Shown one piece after another: positions 53,363-63,627 of a DNA stretch of 64,000 nt; positions within the stretch are counted from its first letter, which is position 1, and each line of letters starts with the position of its first letter. The notes under the pieces were generated by a model. The model saw only the letters and a list, made by a program, of their open reading frames with translations. It did no database searches and was not told the DNA's origin. This DNA is from Myxococcales bacterium (GTDB taxonomy: Bacteria > Myxococcota_A > UBA9042). A program made the position numbers and the translations under genes. The stretch is from assembly GCA_037441385.1 (NCBI GenBank), contig JBBISH010000003.1, positions 1-64,000 of the forward strand, written 5' to 3'.

Positions 53363-55174
53363 ATGGCCCAACGCATTGACTTTGCTGCCTTCCCTGGCGT
53401 ACGCGAAGAGAGCATGCTGGCGACGATGAACAAGGTCTACGGCCACATCCGCCGTAACCAGATGACCTCGCGCGAGTTCCGCGACTGGCTCAAAGACGAG
53501 AACCTGTGGAACAAAGACGAGGCGCCAGCGCTGTTCAGCTTTGTGGACGTGCTGCAAGACGGCGTGGTGCGCCTGGGGCCGTGGGCCGAGCGGTTCTTTG
53601 CCGCCGACACCGAGGAGGCGATGCGCGACCAGGTGTACCGGCGCCTGATCGACGAAAACACCTTGCTGGTCAAGTACACGCTGGAAGCGCTGGACGCCGA
53701 AGGGGGCGGGCGCCTGCATTCGACCCACGAGTTGCACCGGCTGATGACCAGCTATGTGTATCCGGGCAAGCCGATCACGCTGGAACCCTTCAAGACCTTT
53801 ATCAAATGGCTGGTGGTGTCGGGGCGGATGAAGCTCATTGGCATCCGTTGGGGCCTGACCGACGCCGGCAAACAGGCCGTGCCGCGCCTGCGCACCATCG
53901 ATGTGGATGAATTCTTGGAAGACGAGAAAAACGCCGAAGCCGCGCCCGCTGCGCCGGCCCCGGTGCCCGTCGTCGCCGCACCGCCGCCGCGTCCGGCCCC
54001 GCCCGCGTCCGAGAAGTTGGCGGCGCCCGTGCCAGCCAAAGCGGCGCCGGCCAAGGCCGCAACCAAAGGCGACGACGAGGAATTCGAAGAAGACCTGGAC
54101 ATGCCGCCCGAGGCCGAGCCGGTCGACGAGGCGGCCTTTGCCAAGTACGCCGCGCAATTCGAAGCGCCCATCGACGAGCCCGCCAAGGCGCCCGCCAAGG
54201 CGCCGGCCAAGGTCAAGACAGAGACAAAGAACGCCCCTGCTCCTGCCCCAGCGCCGCTGGCGGTGCCAGAACTGCAGCCGCTGCCCCAGGTTGCGCAGAC
54301 ACCCAGCGTGGCGACCGCCCAACCGCTCCACACCGAGACGACCCCGCCGCAGGTGCTGGTCCGCTTTGCCCGGGTCGAGGCGGCCTGCCAGCGCGCCCCG
54401 CTCGATCCGGCCGCGGTGGTGCAGGCCCTGCGCGATCACGGCCGCACGGCCGGCCTGGGCGGTGGGTCGCTGCTGTTGGCCCATGGTCTAGAAAGTCGCA
54501 TGGCGCAAAACGAACCGGCGCGACACCTGTTCTTGGCGGCCCTGCTGGCCCGCTGCTACGCGGTGACCGGCGATGCCACTTTGGCCGATGAACTGCTGGA
54601 GCGCACTGGCGGCACACTGACGCCGCTGGCGCTGCTGCTCGACCGGCCCGAGGCGCTGGTCGATGGTCTGGTGCGTTGGAATCTGGCCGGATCCGCGCCG
54701 GCGGTAGCGCAGCTACGGGCGGTGCTGACGGACGCGGCCATTGGCGGCCGGGCCCTGAAGGCGCAAGCGGACTTGCCGCAGCAGCTGACCGAGGCTCCGT
54801 CGGCCGAGGTGCTGGTGGGCACTCTGGGCCAGACCGTGCTGCGCGGTGCCCAATCGGTCGCTTGCTTCTGGCTGGTGCGCGAGATGGTGCGCGCGGGCCT
54901 GTGGACCCGGCCCAGCCACAGCGAAATCGCGTTCGTGCCGTGGCGCTGCGTGCGGCTGATGGCCTATCGGCTGCGGCTGATCGATAGCCACTTTGCTTTG
55001 GGCGTCCCACAGTTGCTGGCCGTCGCCAAACGGCTGGCGGTGCTGTTCCCGCCGAGTTCAGTCGAAGCGGCAGCGCTAGAGGCCCTGGCTCCGGCCGATC
55101 ACCTGCGGTTTGACTGCAATGGGGTCGTGGCGTGCCAGCAGCCCTGCGCGGTCCACCCGCAGCAAGCCGGGTAG
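53363..55174 (+). CDS. Hypothetical protein: putative winged-helix N-terminus, disordered linker, HhH-GPD-like C-terminus
   Basis: GAGG RBS; strong coding bias; motif resemblance only. Confidence 0.75.
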   Translation: MAQRIDFAAFPGVREESMLATMNKVYGHIRRNQMTSREFRDWLKDENLWNKDEAPALFSFVDVLQDGVVRLGPWAERFFAADTEEAMRDQVYRRLIDENTLLVKYTLEALDAEGGGRLHSTHELHRLMTSYVYPGKPITLEPFKTFIKWLVVSGRMKLIGIRWGLTDAGKQAVPRLRTIDVDEFLEDEKNAEAAPAAPAPVPVVAAPPPRPAPPASEKLAAPVPAKAAPAKAATKGDDEEFEEDLDMPPEAEPVDEAAFAKYAAQFEAPIDEPAKAPAKAPAKVKTETKNAPAPAPAPLAVPELQPLPQVAQTPSVATAQPLHTETTPPQVLVRFARVEAACQRAPLDPAAVVQALRDHGRTAGLGGGSLLLAHGLESRMAQNEPARHLFLAALLARCYAVTGDATLADELLERTGGTLTPLALLLDRPEALVDGLVRWNLAGSAPAVAQLRAVLTDAAIGGRALKAQADLPQQLTEAPSAEVLVGTLGQTVLRGAQSVACFWLVREMVRAGLWTRPSHSEIAFVPWRCVRLMAYRLRLIDSHFALGVPQLLAVAKRLAVLFPPSSVEAAALEALAPADHLRFDCNGVVACQQPCAVHPQQAG

Positions 55175-55375
55175 CCTCGGGATCGGCCTCGCCAACCGCC
55201 CGCATCCCCAGCGAGTCCTTCGCTCTGGGCCAGTTCGAACGCGATCGGCTTGTATCTGGTGAAGCCCTAACGCAGAATATTGCGCCTGCCGGCGACCGCC
55301 GCGGACGATGACTGCGGGCTCCTGGCCAAGTTTCTGCTTCCCCTTTTGCATAGTTACCCACTATTTCGAGGAAAA

Positions 55376-56437
55376 ATGCGTCACCTTTCGATGTCGTTGA
55401 CGGTCGCCCTGGCCGCGTTGGCGCTGGCTCCGGCCTGCAAGAAAGAGCAACCCGCCGAGGCGCCCAAGACCGAAGCCCCCAAGGCCGAAGAGCCCAAGCC
55501 GGCGGATCTGCCCAAGCCCGCCAGCCCGGCCGCCATGCCTGGTGCCGCGGGCGCGGCCGCGATGCCCGGCGCCGTCAGCGCCACTTCGGCGATGGAAGGC
55601 CCCTGCCCGCTGCCCGGCGAGGACCCGGCTTCGTGCCCGGCCAAGCCTGCCACCGTCGACGACGACATCAAGATCGCCCATGTGCTGATCGGTTGGGACG
55701 GCTCGCTGCCCGGCAAGAAGGCCGGCCGCGACGAAGCCGGCGCCCAAAAGCTCGCCCAGGAAGTGGCCCACAAGGCCCGCACGCAAGGTGCGGACTTCGT
55801 CAAGCTGATCTGGGAATTCAGCCAGGATCCTGGCCCAGGCATCTACGAGGTGACCCCGCCGATGCGCCGCCGCTTTGTGCCCGAGTTCACCGCCATGGCG
55901 CTGTCTTTGGGCGTCAATCAGGTCGACATCGCCAAGACCCGCTTTGGCTTCCACGTGATGAAGCGGATGCCCTTCGACTTCGTCGCGCCCGAGAAGCCAC
56001 TGGTCGCGGTGATGAAGGACCCCTGCCCGGCCGAGGGTGAGGATCAGGCCGCCTGCCCCAGCAAGCAGGATCCCAAGCCGACCGAAGTCGAGGTCACCCA
56101 CATCCTGATCGCCTACCAGGGCGCGATGCGCTCGACCGCCACCCGCACCAAGGAAGAGGCGGAAAAGCTGGCGATCCAGCTGTGTCACGACGCGCGCAAG
56201 AAGGGCGCCGACTTCGCCAAGATCAAGGAAGCCGCCAAGTCGGACGATCCCGGCCCGGGCACCTACCCGGTCAGCAAGGACTCGCCGATGGTGGCGCCGT
56301 TCAAGCAACTGGCGCTGTCGCTGGGCGTGGGCCAGGTCGACGTGGTCGAGAGCGACTTTGGCTACCATGTCATGAAGCGCGGCGCGGCGGCCCCCGCTGC
56401 CGGCGGCGCGGACCTTGAGGCCAAGCCAAAGAAATAG
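55376..56437 (+). CDS. Lipoprotein with two parvulin (PpiC-type) PPIase domains
   Basis: LAPAC lipobox; AHVLI..FVPEF..TRFGFHV and THILI..MVAPF..SDFGYHV. Confidence 0.9.
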   Translation: MRHLSMSLTVALAALALAPACKKEQPAEAPKTEAPKAEEPKPADLPKPASPAAMPGAAGAAAMPGAVSATSAMEGPCPLPGEDPASCPAKPATVDDDIKIAHVLIGWDGSLPGKKAGRDEAGAQKLAQEVAHKARTQGADFVKLIWEFSQDPGPGIYEVTPPMRRRFVPEFTAMALSLGVNQVDIAKTRFGFHVMKRMPFDFVAPEKPLVAVMKDPCPAEGEDQAACPSKQDPKPTEVEVTHILIAYQGAMRSTATRTKEEAEKLAIQLCHDARKKGADFAKIKEAAKSDDPGPGTYPVSKDSPMVAPFKQLALSLGVGQVDVVESDFGYHVMKRGAAAPAAGGADLEAKPKK

Positions 56438-56456
56438 TCCGACCAAGGAGCGCGTC

Positions 56457-57503
56457 ATGGTGGTTGCGTGGCAAGACGAACTCGACGCGGTGCGCGATCG
56501 CTGGGTCGCCGCCGCCGCCCAGGTGCCCGACTTGGCCGGCCTGCGGTCGCTGGAAGTGGAAGCGCTGGGCAAGCAAGGCGAAGTGACCCTGCTGGTCCGC
56601 AAAGTGGGCACCATTCCGCCTGAGGATCGGCGGGCCTACGGCGCGGCCGCAGCGGCCGTGAAAGGCCAGGTCGAGCAGGCCGTCGAAGCGCGCCGCCAAG
56701 GCCTGGAACGGGCCGAAGTCGAAGCGGAACTCGCCGATGACAGCTTTGACGAGACCGTGCCGGCCCACGCTGCCTTGGGGCGAGCGGCTCGCATGGGCCA
56801 CAGCCACCCGCTCAGCCAAGTGCAGGCCGAAGTGGAGGCCGTGTTCACCTCGATGGGCTTCCACGTACTCGACTACCCCGAAGTCGAGAGCGAATTCGAC
56901 AACTTCGAAGCCCTGAACATCCCGGCCTGGCACCCTGCGCGCGAGATGCAGGACACGTTTTGGCTCGAGGGCGGGCATTTGCTGCGCACCCACACCTCAT
57001 CGGGTCAAGTGCGGGCGATGCACGCGTTCCGGCCGCCGTTCCGGGCGATTTTCCCTGGCAAGGTCTACCGTTACGAGGCCACCGACGCGAGCCACGAGCA
57101 CACCTTCCATCAGCTGGAGGGCCTGCTCATCGACCGCCACGTGTCGGTGGGCCACCTGCTCGACTCGATGCGCACGTTGCTGTCGGCGATCCTCAAACGC
57201 GACGTGGAAGTCCGTTTGCGGCCAGGCTATTTCCCGTTCGTGGAGCCGGGCTTCGAGCTCGATGTCCAGTGTCAGTTGTGCGGCGGCACGGGGTGCTCGG
57301 CGTGCAAGCAGTCCGGCTGGCTCGAATTGCTGCCGTGCGGGCTGGTGCACCCGCAAGTCCTGCGCGCCGGCGGCCTGGATCCGGCCGAATGGCAGGGCTG
57401 GGCCTTTGGCCTGGGCCTGTCGCGGCTGGTGATGATGCGCTTCCAAGTACCCGACGTCCGACTGCTTTTGTCGGGCGATCTCCGGTGGCTAAGCCAGTTC
57501 TGA
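56457..57503 (+). CDS. pheS: Phenylalanine--tRNA ligase alpha subunit
   Basis: HP, NFEALNIP..HPAREMQDTF, LRTHTS, YFPFVEP, AFGLG. Confidence 0.97.
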   Translation: MVVAWQDELDAVRDRWVAAAAQVPDLAGLRSLEVEALGKQGEVTLLVRKVGTIPPEDRRAYGAAAAAVKGQVEQAVEARRQGLERAEVEAELADDSFDETVPAHAALGRAARMGHSHPLSQVQAEVEAVFTSMGFHVLDYPEVESEFDNFEALNIPAWHPAREMQDTFWLEGGHLLRTHTSSGQVRAMHAFRPPFRAIFPGKVYRYEATDASHEHTFHQLEGLLIDRHVSVGHLLDSMRTLLSAILKRDVEVRLRPGYFPFVEPGFELDVQCQLCGGTGCSACKQSGWLELLPCGLVHPQVLRAGGLDPAEWQGWAFGLGLSRLVMMRFQVPDVRLLLSGDLRWLSQF

Positions 57504-57542
57504 ATACGCCAACCATAGGCCGCGCAGGCCGGCAGGTCGACC

Positions 57543-60212
57543 ATGATCGTCTCCTGGAAGTGGATTTCGCAGTGGGTCGACACCCAGGGCGTCGATCCCC
57601 TTGAGTTCGCCAAGCGTTTTACCTGCACGGTCGCCGAGATCGACGGCGTGCACCGCTGGGGCCACGGCCTGCGGGGCGTGCTGGTCGGCGACGTGATCGG
57701 CGTCGCGCCCCACCCCAATGCCGACAAACTCCGCCTAGCGACGGTGGATCTGGGCAGTCGCCAGGTGCAGGTGGTGTGCGGCGCGCCGGACCTGCGGCTG
57801 GGGATGCGCGTGCCGTTCGTGCCGCCGGGGATCAAGTTGCCGTCGGGCATCGAGGTCCGCGACGGAGAGGTGCGCGGCATCAAGTCGCCGGGCATGCTGG
57901 CATCCGAGGCGGATCTGGGCCTGAGCGACGACCACGGCGGGCTGCTGTCGCTGGACGGCGTGCACGCCCCGGCGGGCACCGACCTCACGCAAGCGGTCGA
58001 TATCGAAGACGTCTTGTACGAGGTCGACAACAAGTCGATCACCCACCGCCCGGACCTGTGGGGCCAGTACGGTGTGGCGCGCGAAGTGGCGGCGATGCTG
58101 AACAAGCCGCTGCAGCCTTTGGATCTTCGGGTGAATTTGGCTGCGGGCGCGCCGGTCGACGTGGCGGTAGAGACGCCGCTGTGCCCTCGCTATTGCTGTG
58201 CCCGCGTCGCCGGGGTGACCACGGCGCCGTCGCCGGTGGGCCTGCGCCTGCTGCTGCGGCGGCTGGGGGTGCGGCCGATCAGCAATGTGGTCGACGCAAC
58301 CAACCTGGTGATGCTCGAGACGGGCAACCCGTTGCACGCCTTTGACGCGCGCTACGTCCGCGGCAACCAGATTCGCGTGCGGGCGGCGCGGCCGGGCGAA
58401 GTCGTCCGCACGCTGGACGGCCAGGATCGCAGCTTGGTGCCCGCGGATCTGGTGATCGCCGACGGCGAAGGTCCAGTGGCGCTGGCGGGCGTGATGGGCG
58501 GCGGCGACTCCGAGATCCGCGAGGATACGCGCGAGATCATCTTGGAGGCCGCGGCCTTCGACGCGGCGACCGTGCGCAAGACCGCGATGCGTGTCGGTCT
58601 GCGCACCGAGTCCTCGGCCCGCTTCGAGAAAGCGCTGGATCCCGAGCTGGCGCACACGGCGGCGCTGCGCTTCTTGCGGACGCTGCTGGATCTTTGCCCG
58701 GGTGCGCAGGTCGCAAGCGAGCTGCTGGACGCGGGCGACTTTGCCCGGCAGCGGCCGCCCACGCGCGTCATCGTCAGTCATTGCGACTACCTGCGGTCGC
58801 GCTTGGGCGTCAATAAGACCGAGATGCCAGACGCGTGGATCGTCCACTGCTTGCGCAGCCTTGAGTTTGGCGTCGATCCGCAGCCCAGCGGCGAATTGGC
58901 CGTGCGCGTGCCTACCTACCGCGCCACCAAAGACATCCATCACGCCGAAGACTTGGTCGAAGAGCTGGGACGCCACTACGGCTACCACCGCATCGCCAGC
59001 CAGGCGCCGCTGATCCCGTCGCGGCCAGCCTACACGCCGGGGACGCGCCTGGCCGAGCGCAAGATTCGCGCGGCGCTGACGCTGCAGCAAGGCCTGTGCG
59101 AAGTGCTGCTCTATGGGTTTGACCACGATGGCCAGCGTCAACGCTTGAGCCTGGCCGAGCCGGGTCTGGGCCGGATGGCCGTGCGCAACGCCATTTCGCG
59201 CGATCAGGGTACGCTCCGCCGCAACTTGGCGCCCAACCTGATCGCCGCGGTGGAGCAGAACCTGCTTCGCGGCGATGGCAAAGAGGCCCCGCGCGAGGGT
59301 TTTGTCGTAGGGCTGTTCGAGTTGGGGCGCGTGTTTGTGCCCGTGGCCGGGCGCACGCTGCCGCAGGCCGAGCGCGATGCGCTGGATCTGGGCTTGCCCG
59401 ATCTGGCCAGCGAGCCCGACCACGATCCATTGCGTCAGGCTTGGCTGGGCCGCTTGGGTCCAGAAATGCAGGCGGCGGTCCGCGGCGTGCTGGCGGCGGA
59501 CAACCCGCTACCATTGCAACCGATTCGCTTGGGCATCGCGATCGGCGAACGCTTGGGCGGCGGCGCCGAAGGGGCCAAGCGCACGCGTCCGCAAAAGGCC
59601 GTGAGCCAGCGCGTCTTTGCCGAGGCGGTGGCGGCGGTACAGAGCGCGGCGCGGGCCTTGGGCAAGGCCGAGCTGAGCGTGTCGGCGGCGGTGGCAGGGA
59701 CCGACACCGAGCAACTGCCGGCGGCGGCTCCGGATTGGGCAACGACTTGGCGGCACCCGCAGCGCTGCGGCTGGCTGCGCGGGGCCAACAGCGCAGTGGT
59801 GGGCCTGGTCACGCTGCTGCATCCCGACGTGCGCCACGCCCTGGATGTGCCGGCCGAGGTGGCCGTAGCCGAGCTGAACCTGGAAGCGCTGCTGGCGCTC
59901 CCCGACGCGCCGGTCAGCGGTCAAGCGCCGGCACGCCATCCGGGTGCCAGCGTCGATTTGACCGTGCCTGTGGCCGCCAGCATTCGCCAAGCGTGGGTCT
60001 GCGCGGCGGTCTTGGCGGACTTGCAGGCGGCGAACTTGCCCGCTGTGGCTGTCCGCTACCTGTACGAGTACGAAGCACCGGGCGGCGCGCGCAGCATAAC
60101 CCTGCGCGTAGACTGCCGAACTAGCGAGCGCAGCCTGACCTCGGCCGAGCTGGAGGCCGTCTTGGCCGCCGCCCGCCTCAGCGCCGGGCAGCACGGGCGG
60201 AGCGCATCATGA
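57543..60212 (+). CDS. pheT: Phenylalanine--tRNA ligase beta subunit
   Basis: HPNADKL, VVCGAP, HRPDLWG, NVVDATN, PLHAFD, ESSARFEK, DLVEELGR..GY. Confidence 0.96.
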   Translation: MIVSWKWISQWVDTQGVDPLEFAKRFTCTVAEIDGVHRWGHGLRGVLVGDVIGVAPHPNADKLRLATVDLGSRQVQVVCGAPDLRLGMRVPFVPPGIKLPSGIEVRDGEVRGIKSPGMLASEADLGLSDDHGGLLSLDGVHAPAGTDLTQAVDIEDVLYEVDNKSITHRPDLWGQYGVAREVAAMLNKPLQPLDLRVNLAAGAPVDVAVETPLCPRYCCARVAGVTTAPSPVGLRLLLRRLGVRPISNVVDATNLVMLETGNPLHAFDARYVRGNQIRVRAARPGEVVRTLDGQDRSLVPADLVIADGEGPVALAGVMGGGDSEIREDTREIILEAAAFDAATVRKTAMRVGLRTESSARFEKALDPELAHTAALRFLRTLLDLCPGAQVASELLDAGDFARQRPPTRVIVSHCDYLRSRLGVNKTEMPDAWIVHCLRSLEFGVDPQPSGELAVRVPTYRATKDIHHAEDLVEELGRHYGYHRIASQAPLIPSRPAYTPGTRLAERKIRAALTLQQGLCEVLLYGFDHDGQRQRLSLAEPGLGRMAVRNAISRDQGTLRRNLAPNLIAAVEQNLLRGDGKEAPREGFVVGLFELGRVFVPVAGRTLPQAERDALDLGLPDLASEPDHDPLRQAWLGRLGPEMQAAVRGVLAADNPLPLQPIRLGIAIGERLGGGAEGAKRTRPQKAVSQRVFAEAVAAVQSAARALGKAELSVSAAVAGTDTEQLPAAAPDWATTWRHPQRCGWLRGANSAVVGLVTLLHPDVRHALDVPAEVAVAELNLEALLALPDAPVSGQAPARHPGASVDLTVPVAASIRQAWVCAAVLADLQAANLPAVAVRYLYEYEAPGGARSITLRVDCRTSERSLTSAELEAVLAAARLSAGQHGRSAS

Positions 60213-61369
60213 CCGAGTATGGCCAGCGGGTTTTGTACTTGTCGGGCCCGATCGAGCCGCCCTGGACGCGCACCGACAAGAACTTGGTGCGCGGCGTGGC
60301 GACCCATCTGAAGCGCTACCGGCCGCGCGTGCTCACCCACGAGGGCGTGCTGTCACAGGATCCGGGCGTCGAGACCGAGCCGGCCTGGGGACCGCGCGTT
60401 GGCGGCCATACCTCGGTCGGGCGGCGGCTGGGCCTGTTCGCCAAGCTGATCGACATGCACGATGTGGCGTTGCTGCACCTGTTCTGGCCGGCGGATCGGC
60501 TGGTGGCCAGCGTGGTGCGCGCTGGCAGTCGCCTGAACGGCCTGCCGGTGGTCCACACGTTGGTGCACCCGCCGCGAACCACGGTGGGCGTCGGCGCTGG
60601 GCTGGTCGGGTCGACAGTAGTGTGCCTGAGCGACGAGACCGAACAGTCGCTGAATGCGGAAGGAATCCGCAACACCGTGCGCATTCCTGTCGGCATCGAA
60701 GTGGGCCAACCGCTGTCGGCGGGCGACAAGGCCGCCATCCGGCGCAAGTATCGAATCCCGCTGGATCTTCCCGTGGTGGTGTACGCCGGCGACTATGCCC
60801 ACGATCGCGCCGCTCGCACGGTGGCCGCCTCGATGCCGCGGGTGCTTCGCCAGATGGACTGCCACTTTGTGATGGCGTGCCGGATCCGCGACGACGACGA
60901 CGCTCAAGAAGAGCACCGCATCCAAGAGGCGATCGCCGCCGATGGCTTGGCCGAGAAGGTGACATTTCTAAACGAAGTCAAGAGTTTGCGCGACCTACTC
61001 TCGATCGCTTCGGTGCAGGTGTTTCCGGCCGACCACCACTACGAGAAGATGGAACTACCGATGGTCCTGCTCGAAGGCATGGCCGAGGGCGTGGCGCTGG
61101 TGGTGGCGACCAAGCCGCCGCTCACCGAGCTGGTCCACGCTGGCGTCGCCATCGGCATTCCGCCGGCGGATCCCATGGGATTGGCGGTGCCGGTGGTCGA
61201 GCTGTTGCGGCAGCCGGAGCGGGCGCGCGCGATCGGCGAGGCGGGGCGCGAATTGGTGAGCGAGCGCTTTGACATCCGCAAAGTGGCCGCGCAGTACGAA
61301 GAGCTGTACGACGAGGTTCTGGCGCGGCACAAAGTCCGCAGTTCTGGGCACTTCTGGGGCTTGGTGTAG
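60209..61369 (+). CDS. GT4 (GT-B) glycosyltransferase
   Basis: MELPMVLLEGMAEG signature; GT-B C-terminal helices. Confidence 0.85.
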   Translation: MTEYGQRVLYLSGPIEPPWTRTDKNLVRGVATHLKRYRPRVLTHEGVLSQDPGVETEPAWGPRVGGHTSVGRRLGLFAKLIDMHDVALLHLFWPADRLVASVVRAGSRLNGLPVVHTLVHPPRTTVGVGAGLVGSTVVCLSDETEQSLNAEGIRNTVRIPVGIEVGQPLSAGDKAAIRRKYRIPLDLPVVVYAGDYAHDRAARTVAASMPRVLRQMDCHFVMACRIRDDDDAQEEHRIQEAIAADGLAEKVTFLNEVKSLRDLLSIASVQVFPADHHYEKMELPMVLLEGMAEGVALVVATKPPLTELVHAGVAIGIPPADPMGLAVPVVELLRQPERARAIGEAGRELVSERFDIRKVAAQYEELYDEVLARHKVRSSGHFWGLV

Positions 61370-61375
61370 GCGCAG

Positions 61376-62479
61376 ATGGACGCGGGGATGCCGGCGCAGG
61401 CGTGCGCGTGTACGTGGGGGTATGTCGCGGCCGCGGTGACGCTGCTGGCCCTTGCGACCTGGGCGCACCTGAAGTTCTGGGTGGCGCGCCTGCAGCGGCC
61501 GCTGCACTACGACGAGTCTCACCGCATCGACACGCCCGACGGGTCGGCCTTTGACCTGTACCGCCTGGGCCCTGGTACCGCCACGTTGCCGCCGGTGCTG
61601 CTGGTGCACGGCGTTGCGATCAACCACCGCAACCTGGACACGGACGAGAACGTCTCGCTGGCCAGGCACTTGCAGCATCTGGGCCGCGACGTGTGGTTGC
61701 TGCGACTGCGCTGCGGTCGCCACGACCTGAGCCGGCGCGAGCGCCTGACCACCTCGTTTGCCACGCTGGCTCAGTACGACGTGCCGCTGGCGGCCGCCGA
61801 GGTGCTGCGGCGCACCGGCAAGAACCAGTTGGACTACGTGGGTTTTTCCATGGGCGGCATCTTGCTCTACGCCACCTTGGGGCGGGCGCTGCCGGCCGAG
61901 CACGTGCGCCGTGCGGTGATCATGGGCTCGCCGGGGCGAATTGGCGTGATCGTGCCCGGCTTTGGCTGGTTGCGACGGCTGCCGGCCCACTGGATGCCTA
62001 GCGCGCCATTTCGCTTGCTGTCGCAGCTGGTGGCGTTTGCCTGCGAGTGGTTCGATACGCCGATGACGCGCCAGCTCTGTAACTTGGCCAATTGCACGCC
62101 CGGCTCGGTGCGCCTGACCCTGGTCGAGGCCGTGGCCAGCGTCCCGGGCCCACTGGTCCACGACTTCGTGCGGTTTGCCTACACCGACCACAAGGTGCGC
62201 TTGGCCGATGGCCGCGACATCCTGGACGATCTGGCCCGCATCGCCGTGCCGGTGCGCTTCTTTGCCGGCGCCGCCGATCGCTTGGGGCCGCCGCGCGCCC
62301 TGCAGACCGCTTTCGAGCGCTGGGGCGCCGCGCAACCGCAGATCGATAAGCACCTGACCATCTTGGGCAAAGCCCACGGCTACAGCGCGGACTACGGCCA
62401 CGCCGACTTGTCGATCGGCCGGCAAGCCGAGCGCGAAGTCTTTGAGCCAATCGGCGAATTCTTGGGAGCTGAAGCCTGA
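61376..62479 (+). CDS. Alpha/beta hydrolase with N-terminal TM
   Basis: VLLVHG, GFSMGG, YGHADL. Confidence 0.88.
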   Translation: MDAGMPAQACACTWGYVAAAVTLLALATWAHLKFWVARLQRPLHYDESHRIDTPDGSAFDLYRLGPGTATLPPVLLVHGVAINHRNLDTDENVSLARHLQHLGRDVWLLRLRCGRHDLSRRERLTTSFATLAQYDVPLAAAEVLRRTGKNQLDYVGFSMGGILLYATLGRALPAEHVRRAVIMGSPGRIGVIVPGFGWLRRLPAHWMPSAPFRLLSQLVAFACEWFDTPMTRQLCNLANCTPGSVRLTLVEAVASVPGPLVHDFVRFAYTDHKVRLADGRDILDDLARIAVPVRFFAGAADRLGPPRALQTAFERWGAAQPQIDKHLTILGKAHGYSADYGHADLSIGRQAEREVFEPIGEFLGAEA

Positions 62480-63621
62480 TGAGCCACCGCCCGCTGCGCA
62501 TCGCCGTGGATGCCACCACTTGGGCGCCGGGCCGCACCGGCGTGGGCCTGTACACCGAGCGGCTGCTCACCGCGTGGCAGGCGCTGGGCAGCGGCGACGA
62601 ATTGATCTTGTTTTCGAACAAGTTTCAAAGCGAGCCGGCGCGGTCCGGCCTGCCGGTCCATGGCCCGAACTTTCCCGTGCGGGCGGTGTGGCTGCAAGCG
62701 GCTTTTCCGTTGCAGCTTGCCCGGTTTCGTCCGGACGTGGCCTTCTACCCCAACTACCTGGCGCCGCTGTTGCCGCTGCCGGGCGTGCCGGCCGTACTGA
62801 CCGTCCACGACCTGGCGGTGTTCCTGTACCCAGAGACTTTTACTTTCAAGAAGCGGGTGTTGCAGCGTGCCGCCCTGCCCTATCTAGTGCGTAGGGCTGC
62901 AGCGATCGTGACGCCGAGCGAGAGCACGCGCCGCGACCTGCTGCGCCTGTTGCATCCGCGGCCCGAGCGGGTGGTGGCGACGCCGTTGGCGGCCCCGGCG
63001 GACTTCGATCATCGCCCCGACGAGGCCATGATCGCCAAGTACCGCGCCGAGTTGCAGCTCCCGGATCGCTATGTGCTGGCCGTGGGCACGCTGGAGCCGC
63101 GCAAGAACCAAGTGCGGCTGCTGCGCGCGTTCGAGGCGCTGGCCGACCGCTTCCCCGATGTGCAGCTGGTGGTGGCCGGCGGCAAGGGCTGGCGCGACGA
63201 CGAAATCTTGGCCTCCTTGGGCAACACACCGATCAAGCACCGGATTCGCTCGGTGGGTTACGTCACGCCGGAGGCGTTGAAAGTACTGTACAGCCAGGCA
63301 ATGTTACTCGGATATCCCAGCCTGTACGAGGGCTTTGGCCTGCCCGTCGCCGAGGCGATGGCGATGGGCACGCCCGTCCTGACTTCGCGCGGCTCCTCGC
63401 TCGACGAAGTGGCGGCGGGGGCGGCGATCGCCGTCGATCCGCTGAACCAGGCCGAGATCACCGCCGGGCTGGCGCGGCTGCTGGAAGACGCGGAACTTCG
63501 CCAGAGCCTTAGCGAAAAAGGTCTCAAACGGAGCGCAGAGCTCAGTTGGCGGCGCACCGCCGAGCAGACCCGCGAAGTGTTTCTGCGCGTGCGCGACGGC
63601 CGGCGGCCGGATGGGCAATAA
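62479..63621 (+). CDS. GT4 glycosyltransferase (mannosyltransferase-like)
   Basis: TVHDL, VGTLEPRKN, YPSLYEGFGLPVAEAMAMG. Confidence 0.93.
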   Translation: MSHRPLRIAVDATTWAPGRTGVGLYTERLLTAWQALGSGDELILFSNKFQSEPARSGLPVHGPNFPVRAVWLQAAFPLQLARFRPDVAFYPNYLAPLLPLPGVPAVLTVHDLAVFLYPETFTFKKRVLQRAALPYLVRRAAAIVTPSESTRRDLLRLLHPRPERVVATPLAAPADFDHRPDEAMIAKYRAELQLPDRYVLAVGTLEPRKNQVRLLRAFEALADRFPDVQLVVAGGKGWRDDEILASLGNTPIKHRIRSVGYVTPEALKVLYSQAMLLGYPSLYEGFGLPVAEAMAMGTPVLTSRGSSLDEVAAGAAIAVDPLNQAEITAGLARLLEDAELRQSLSEKGLKRSAELSWRRTAEQTREVFLRVRDGRRPDGQ

Positions 63622-63627
63622 CCCGCG

